Shown here: piece by piece, positions 58,969 to 64,000 of the stretch
Position numbering within the stretch: position 1 is the first letter of the stretch
How the letters are laid out: each line of letters opens with the position of its first letter
DNA from: a candidate division WOR-3 bacterium
Lineage (GTDB): Bacteria; Hydrothermota; Tepidihabitantia; B3-TA06
Direction: 5' to 3'
DNA length: 64,000 nt
Assembly (NCBI GenBank): GCA_016934635.1
Contig: JAFGSK010000071.1
Coordinates: forward strand, 1,294-65,293
Made by a program: the position numbers and the translations under genes
Notes under the pieces: model-generated
Seen by the model: the letters and a program-made list of their open reading frames with translations, nothing else
The model's database searches: none
What the model was told of the DNA's origin: nothing

Positions 58969-59252
58969 AAAAAAATTTCGGCCGTGCGACACCTTCGTTC
59001 AGGTCCGCGAGGGCTGTCAGAACAAACAGGCTCCAACCAGGCACTCTCGGCACCGTAATCACGTCCGTGTACCGTTGCTTCCTTCCGGACCTGGCGGGGT
59101 TGGCGGTGTGCTGCGAGCCAAGACCCAATCTTCATTGCTTGCTTCCTCTTGCAGTGATCCTCACTTTCCTGATCTCACGGTGTCCTTCAGCCTCGCGTAT
59201 GGCGGGTTTCGAGTCCAGGAGACCGCCAACCTCCCGCTTAGCACGGCCGACA
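58969..59252 (-). ncRNA. ffs: Signal recognition particle RNA, long (Bacillus-type, Alu-domain-containing) form
   Basis: The minus strand reads 5'-GUCGGCCGUGCUAAGCGGGAGGUUGGCGGU... (an Alu-domain 5' end like B. subtilis scRNA). It contains the invariant helix-8 motif CCAGGUCCGGAAGGAAGCA (plus-strand GCTTCCTTCCGGACCTGG at about 59077-59094). The 3' segment GCACGGCCGA pairs with the 5' end, followed by a U7 terminator. Conserved position immediately upstream of dnaX. Confidence 0.85.
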
Positions 59253-59256
59253 TTCA

Positions 59257-60291
59257 CTATTCAGCTAGGTCTTTTTGTTCAAAGAATACACCTAATTCAT
59301 CAAGGTTAGGGCTTGTTTGGATAACCCCGAATATCTCAAGACGATCAGAAAGGTCCTGTAGATCATAAGGGTTAATGGCAAGCGGCAGGAAGTATTCCGG
59401 AATCTTGATACGAGTGGTTACCTGTGGATCATCGATTCCTAATACACTTCCCAAAAAAAGCCCTAGAGAGTCTGAAGCCGCTAGGTCGATTTCCCGGACT
59501 ACTTGTTTCATAGCAAGATGCATTCTTATCACGCCAGTTTTGTTTTCAGCATAGTACTTGGAGGTCGTAAATATCCCTGCAGAATGATATGGTGAACCGA
59601 TCCAGTTAGGCAGAAACCCGCCTCCGGCAAAAGGTTCGCTGATGTGTGTTCTTGCCTGGGTGAAGCAGGGTTCAATTGCCAAAACCAGGTCCATCTCACC
59701 AGACTCAAGGGCGGAAAGTAGTTCCTGAGGAGGATATACCTGGATAATTACATCGGCAGGATCGATGCCCAGTGCGGCAAGGGCGACCTTAAAAGAAAAC
59801 TCAGTACCGGAGGTTACACCTATTTTTTTGTTCTCAAGATCGGTTATCTTGTTGAACTTGAGACCCTGTTTCGGGAAAAGGCCTTCTACCGGTCGACTTT
59901 CCCTGAACTCAACCGAGAGCAAACATCGCAGAGTGTCGGTTGGGTGTTCGCTCATCCAAAGTAGTACATCAGGCCAAGGCAGTACGGCAAATTGGACTTC
60001 CCCCTGGATCAGGGCTTCGATTGCTTTGCTTGGATTTAATTCTTCTTCTACTGTTACCTCGAGCTTGACCTCATTGCGTGTAAAAACATCACCTTTTTGG
60101 ATGGTGTCAGCCGGGGTTCGAGCCCATGAATCGTATGATTTTGCGAAGTATACAGGCAGTGAAGAAACAGAATGCTCGACCAGTACCTTTACCTCCGTAG
60201 GCTTGGACATTTTGACCAGGGGGATGATAATGATTGTTGCAAGGACTCCTGCCAGGACGATAATTACTGCAGTCAGGATGTGTTTCTTCAT
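59257..60291 (-). CDS. Periplasmic substrate-binding protein, NMT1/SsuA/TauA-like (ABC transporter)
   Basis: Signal anchor. LENKKIGVTSGTEFSFKVALAALGIDPADVIIQVYPPQELLSALESGEMDLVLAIEP matches the NMT1/SsuA fold pattern. Confidence 0.55.
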   Translation of the reverse strand: MKKHILTAVIIVLAGVLATIIIIPLVKMSKPTEVKVLVEHSVSSLPVYFAKSYDSWARTPADTIQKGDVFTRNEVKLEVTVEEELNPSKAIEALIQGEVQFAVLPWPDVLLWMSEHPTDTLRCLLSVEFRESRPVEGLFPKQGLKFNKITDLENKKIGVTSGTEFSFKVALAALGIDPADVIIQVYPPQELLSALESGEMDLVLAIEPCFTQARTHISEPFAGGGFLPNWIGSPYHSAGIFTTSKYYAENKTGVIRMHLAMKQVVREIDLAASDSLGLFLGSVLGIDDPQVTTRIKIPEYFLPLAINPYDLQDLSDRLEIFGVIQTSPNLDELGVFFEQKDLAE

Positions 60292-61622
60292 CTACTTCCT
60301 CCTTCTTTTTGCGCCTGGTCTTTTTCTTTGTAGAAAGCGTACCACTTTTGGTGCTCCTTGACCCACTTATCCTTGTTAGCTTGATCGAAATTCGCTCTTT
60401 CTTCGTAGAGACCTGCCAGGTAATAGTAAGGTTCAGGATTTTCAGGATCCATCTCTTTTGCCCTTGTAAAAAGGTTGTGAGCTTCCTCAAAGTCAGGAGG
60501 ATCTTTCCCTAGGTAGCATAGCCCCAGGTATATGGTAGAGAAATAGTCTGCTTCTCCGGGAGTTTTTTCATCGTATTTGCGGAAGCCCATAATGGCTTCA
60601 TCGTACTTCTTCAACCTGTACTTGGCTACACTCCCATCCCATAACACGTTGAGGTTGCCGGGATTAAGTTTGTTTGCCTCGGTGAAGATTACGTCAGCTA
60701 AGGAATCCTTCTTTTGTTCAAGGTATATCCTTCCAATGTAATAGTATACGTTTGCTATTTGGGTCTTTTTTCCGTTATATCCCTTAAGCCAGTCAAGGAA
60801 TTGCATCGCTTTGGGCTCGTCGAGGTTAACCCTTTCGGAAAGTAGGGCTAACTTATCTTCCAGGGTAGGTTCAGGATCTCTTTGTTGAAGGCTGTCCAGT
60901 GCTGTTAACAGAATGGGAATCTGATTCGCATCCAGTTTCAGAGGTTTGGCTACATTAACTTGAAGCTGGGTTAGCTGATCATTGTATCTTTCAACTGCCA
61001 GATTATAGTTATCCATGGCCTGGGTATACTTGGCTTCCCTTAGTTCTGTAGAATCCAGGCTTAACGCTTCGGTATGAAAAGTTCGTCCTTTCATATACGG
61101 GGCATCGGGCGACAAAGAATCATTGGCTTCAATCTCAGCGGCTACGCTTAATGCAGAGTCTATTAAACCTTCCTCAAGGAAGAAGTAGCCTAGTAGGATA
61201 AGATTCCTTTCCACTCCTGGTTTTAACTCGAGCGCTGTCCTTAAGAAGATTACTACAGTGTCCGGGTTCCCACGGTTTTTTATTAATTCGTTGGCGCCGT
61301 TGTATAATGTAATCTGAGCGAGCTGGGAACCTTCTGGATCTAGCTTAATCATTTCCTCTCCCGCAGGTCCTGTCTCTAAGACCTTAAGGAAAGCCCTGCC
61401 CCCTTCAACGTAATTCTCCAATCTAACGCTTGCCTTTCCGTGCCAGAAGGTAGCCTCGGTAACGGCAAGTTTCTGTTTTATAGATTCAAGAAAAAGGCTA
61501 TCAGCTCTCTCGAATCTCTGATCACGGTAATGTACGATGCCGCCGTTCAATAGATGGCTTCCCTTGGCGGATAATACCGTACATGCCAGCGCTATCCCTA
61601 AAAGACCAACCAAACGCTTCAT
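60288..61622 (-). CDS. Secreted tetratricopeptide-repeat protein
   Basis: Signal peptide MKRLVGLLGIALACTVLSA. Multiple TPR-like helical pairs (YYYIGRIYLEQKKDSLADVIFTEANKLNPGN...). Confidence 0.65.
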   Translation of the reverse strand: MKRLVGLLGIALACTVLSAKGSHLLNGGIVHYRDQRFERADSLFLESIKQKLAVTEATFWHGKASVRLENYVEGGRAFLKVLETGPAGEEMIKLDPEGSQLAQITLYNGANELIKNRGNPDTVVIFLRTALELKPGVERNLILLGYFFLEEGLIDSALSVAAEIEANDSLSPDAPYMKGRTFHTEALSLDSTELREAKYTQAMDNYNLAVERYNDQLTQLQVNVAKPLKLDANQIPILLTALDSLQQRDPEPTLEDKLALLSERVNLDEPKAMQFLDWLKGYNGKKTQIANVYYYIGRIYLEQKKDSLADVIFTEANKLNPGNLNVLWDGSVAKYRLKKYDEAIMGFRKYDEKTPGEADYFSTIYLGLCYLGKDPPDFEEAHNLFTRAKEMDPENPEPYYYLAGLYEERANFDQANKDKWVKEHQKWYAFYKEKDQAQKEGGSR

Positions 61623-61652
61623 TTTTCCTCCTAATCAATTACGTGTATTCTA

Positions 61653-62513
61653 CTACGTTAGTTTATCTCCATCGGGCAAATTGTCAAGCATTTGGTCCTC
61701 AGTCGTTCCTTTTCCTGTATTTGGGTAGGGTTTTGCCAAATCGGCAAAAACAACATAAACGGTATGAGAGACCATCCTTTCAGAAGGTCTTGATCCCTGA
61801 GGACGTATTAACATCTCACGCAGAAAAATTTCCTCTGCCTCAAAACGTGTGAAGCCGTGGGTATCTAAAGCTTCACGGGTTTTTTGAAGTTGTTCTGTTG
61901 TAGGGGAAATTGAAACCCAACGTCCACCTTTCGCAAGACATTGGGCTGCATGGGGAACTATAGTCCATGGCTCAGGTACATCAACTATACATACATCTAT
62001 ATCCCGGATGCCGTATCCATGCTCGGCTACATCACGCAACTGAAACGTTACAGCCTCGCAAGCGTTAAGCTTGGCAAGATTCTTCTGGGCAAGTTCGAGG
62101 AATTCAGGCCGTCGTTCAAAACTATAGACATGGCCTTGGGGCTGAACGTACCGTGTCAGTACAAAGGTTAACGCCCCTGATCCTGAGCCGACTTCGGCAA
62201 CCTTTACCCCGGGCACAATGGATGCTCGTAAGAGGATGTAGCCTAGATCCTTCGGATAAGCAATGGTTGTCAGACGACGCACCCCGATCATCAGATCGGC
62301 AAGTGAAGGACGAAGTATGAAAAAACGAACACCCAGGTGTGTAGCAACTTCATCTCCATATTCGAGGTTATGTATATCTGTCCAAGGTATATTGCCTTTT
62401 TTGCAACAAAAGTCACCCTTTTCCAGAACGCGGCGCAGATAGGTGAGACGACCTCGTCGAGAAGGATGGTAGTAATGAAATAAGACGTAGTCCCCGGGTT
62501 CTATTCGTGCCAT
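61653..62513 (-). CDS. trmI: tRNA (adenine(58)-N1)-methyltransferase TrmI/Gcd14 family
   Basis: SAM-binding VAEVGSGSGALTFVLTRYVQPQGHVYSFERR and the TrmI-type N-terminal beta domain. Confidence 0.75.
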   Translation of the reverse strand: MARIEPGDYVLFHYYHPSRRGRLTYLRRVLEKGDFCCKKGNIPWTDIHNLEYGDEVATHLGVRFFILRPSLADLMIGVRRLTTIAYPKDLGYILLRASIVPGVKVAEVGSGSGALTFVLTRYVQPQGHVYSFERRPEFLELAQKNLAKLNACEAVTFQLRDVAEHGYGIRDIDVCIVDVPEPWTIVPHAAQCLAKGGRWVSISPTTEQLQKTREALDTHGFTRFEAEEIFLREMLIRPQGSRPSERMVSHTVYVVFADLAKPYPNTGKGTTEDQMLDNLPDGDKLT

Positions 62514-63691
62514 ATCGGTAGAGTTATTGAAAAAACGGTATGACCGGGTCGAGTTGCTTTGAGTTTGAGTTTACCGTGATGAAGTTGTCGGATCACTCTT
62601 CGTGAGAGAGCAAGTCCGATTCCCCAACCGTGTTTTTTGGTTGAGAACCCGGTACGAAAGATGTCTCGAATATGTTTGCTCGATACACCAGTTCCGGTGT
62701 CGATTACGGTAATTACGTAATATTTGTTATTGGGCAATATTTCTCCGATTACGGTGATAGTACCGGATTTTCGACCTATTGCATCGATACCGTTGCGTAT
62801 CAGGTTTTCAAGCACCCACGAGATAAGGGTAGGGTCTATCAGTAACTGGGCATCCTGTAAAGTTTCGGCATTGAATTCGATACGGGATGGGGCTCGGTGT
62901 TTCATAAAATCGATCGTCCTCTGAATCAGGGGTTTAATTTCGTGCGGCTCGCGGTGAGGTCTGTCTCCTATTCGTGCAAAGCGGTCGAGTATATCCCTGA
63001 TTCGATTCAAATCCTCATCAATTTCCGCTGCCGCATCCTTCTTGATTCTTGGCCGGATCAGTTCATGCCACCCCAGCAGGGATGATATGGGGGTGCCTAG
63101 TTGGTGAGCCGCTTCTCTTGCAAGGGCGACCCAGAGCCTGTCCTGTGCCCTGCGTGCGGAAAAGAAGATGAACACGAACCCCAGTACGATAAACAGGGCA
63201 ATAAACGTAGTTTGAATAAGAGGGAAATACTGCAGCATCGACCACGATTCAGGAAGGCCGTAATGCAGGATATTGAGGGTTACAGTATCCAGACCGGCTG
63301 AGTCTCCGGTAACAGAGTCTATCTTGGGGATTTCCGCACGAATTGGTATCGGTTTGCTCTGTCTATCTAATTGAGTTATCGCTTGAAGTATCGATTCGGT
63401 GGATGTGTCTTGTTCCGGAAGATTACGGAAGGTTATCGGGGAGCCTGAGGTATCGGTGATGATTACCGGGAAATCGATCTTGCTTACGACTTCTTCGAAA
63501 AGGAGATTTTCTAAAAGCATCCCGCCTTCCTGGAAACCTGCGGCTTCGATGTAACTTGCATAAAGGCGTGACCGGAACAAGGTTTCTTGCTGAAGTTTCT
63601 TTAGCAAACGTTGGGAATAGAAGGCCCAAAAGACGGCCAACACCAATAATCCGGCTACAGCATATATCTGAAGAAACCTGCGGACATTCAC
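62501..63691 (-). CDS. Membrane-bound sensor histidine kinase (HisKA + HATPase_c)
   Basis: Two TM helices flank a periplasmic segment. H-box AHQLGTPISSLLGW. N-box LIRNGIDA, DTGTGV, GWGIGLALS. Confidence 0.85.
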   Translation of the reverse strand: MNVRRFLQIYAVAGLLVLAVFWAFYSQRLLKKLQQETLFRSRLYASYIEAAGFQEGGMLLENLLFEEVVSKIDFPVIITDTSGSPITFRNLPEQDTSTESILQAITQLDRQSKPIPIRAEIPKIDSVTGDSAGLDTVTLNILHYGLPESWSMLQYFPLIQTTFIALFIVLGFVFIFFSARRAQDRLWVALAREAAHQLGTPISSLLGWHELIRPRIKKDAAAEIDEDLNRIRDILDRFARIGDRPHREPHEIKPLIQRTIDFMKHRAPSRIEFNAETLQDAQLLIDPTLISWVLENLIRNGIDAIGRKSGTITVIGEILPNNKYYVITVIDTGTGVSSKHIRDIFRTGFSTKKHGWGIGLALSRRVIRQLHHGKLKLKATRPGHTVFSITLPIWHE

Positions 63692-63761
63692 GGCTTATCC
63701 TGGTCTCAAAAATAAAAATGTGACGTCATTCACCTATCCCTATCTGTCCTCGATTCTTAAA

Positions 63762-64000
63762 TCAACGAGAAGGACCTGCAATGGCCTGTTCAATAGCGGT
63801 CGGGGAAGGACTCGATGTTCGAATGACTTGCTTCACGAACGGAGAGGGCGGAAGCTCGGGTCCTTCCTCTTTTTCCGGTATAACCAGTATCGAAGGCGTT
63901 CCGACCAGGTAAGACAACTCAAAACCGCGATCCATTTTCCCGACGTACAAAGCCGCAGAGGTAAACAGGGCCGCCATTAGATTGGAAGGTTCGTCTTCCC
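63762..64000 (-). CDS. Hypothetical protein, C-terminal part (gene start lies beyond the window end)
   Basis: Open minus-strand frame running to the window edge. Stop at 63762-63764. No motif recognized. Confidence 0.3.
   Translation of the reverse strand, partial: EDEPSNLMAALFTSAALYVGKMDRGFELSYLVGTPSILVIPEKEEGPELPPSPFVKQVIRTSSPSPTAIEQAIAGPSR

Noticed and set aside
59196-59230. tRNA-like T-arm (GGCGGGTTTCGAGTCC) suggesting a tRNA or tmRNA
   Set aside because: The segment lies inside the SRP RNA. The complementary strand forms the Alu-domain helices (GGACUCGAAACCCGCC), and no acceptor or anticodon arms can be built around it.
58955-59368. ORFs 58955..59368 (+), 59067..59309 (+) and 58862..59128 (-)
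   Set aside because: They overlap the SRP RNA gene. Their translations are Pro/Arg/Ser-rich with no motifs.

Overview
The window is a bacterial chromosomal segment of about 49% GC with canonical sigma70-type promoters (TTGACA-16/17-TAnnnT) and many T9SS cargo proteins, which suggests an FCB-superphylum-like organism with standard promoters. It contains the following, in order.

- **1-1214:** the 3' end of an ISL3-family transposase, abutting a Ser/Thr protein-kinase gene that is both frameshifted and C-terminally truncated.
- **1512-17664:** a seven-gene, translationally coupled signalling operon of about 16 kb: a TPR protein, an STAS-like protein, a HisKA_2 sensor kinase, two giant REC-first multi-PAS/GAF hybrid kinases (1792 and 1937 aa), a REC-DUF4388 protein and a REC-Roadblock/LC7 protein. 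Domain modules are duplicated within and between the kinase genes.
- **17665-18149:** a repeat-rich intergenic region, followed by a CaCA-family cation antiporter gene that is flanked by inverted GCTGTGAGC motifs.
- **19500-29902:** an Omp85-barrel protein whose N-terminus carries an HEXXH peptidase-like domain and PD40 propeller repeats, a lipoprotein, a 1280-aa C25 (gingipain/PorU-like) peptidase with a T9SS C-terminal domain, and several small hypothetical genes.
- **30246-33768:** uvrB, a hicAB toxin-antitoxin pair, and nadC.
- **33847-42854:** recJ, pgeF, truA and transaldolase, then a polysaccharide-biosynthesis cluster (two GT4 glycosyltransferases, a GNAT/FemAB-like protein and a DegT aminotransferase).
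- **42939-52949:** an LVIVD propeller T9SS cargo protein, three tandem paralogous T9SS-secreted propeller-like proteins each followed by a terminator, and a TonB-dependent receptor.
- **53207-54901:** an OLD/AAA_15-like ATPase gene interrupted by a single in-frame TGA.
- **54907-59252:** the conserved minus-strand run GT2-nfo-recR-ybaB-dnaX, preceded by a long-form (Alu-domain) SRP RNA.
- **59257-64000:** an NMT1/SsuA-like substrate-binding protein, a TPR protein, trmI, a classic sensor kinase and a partial ORF at the window end.

No CRISPR array, rRNA or tRNA was found.
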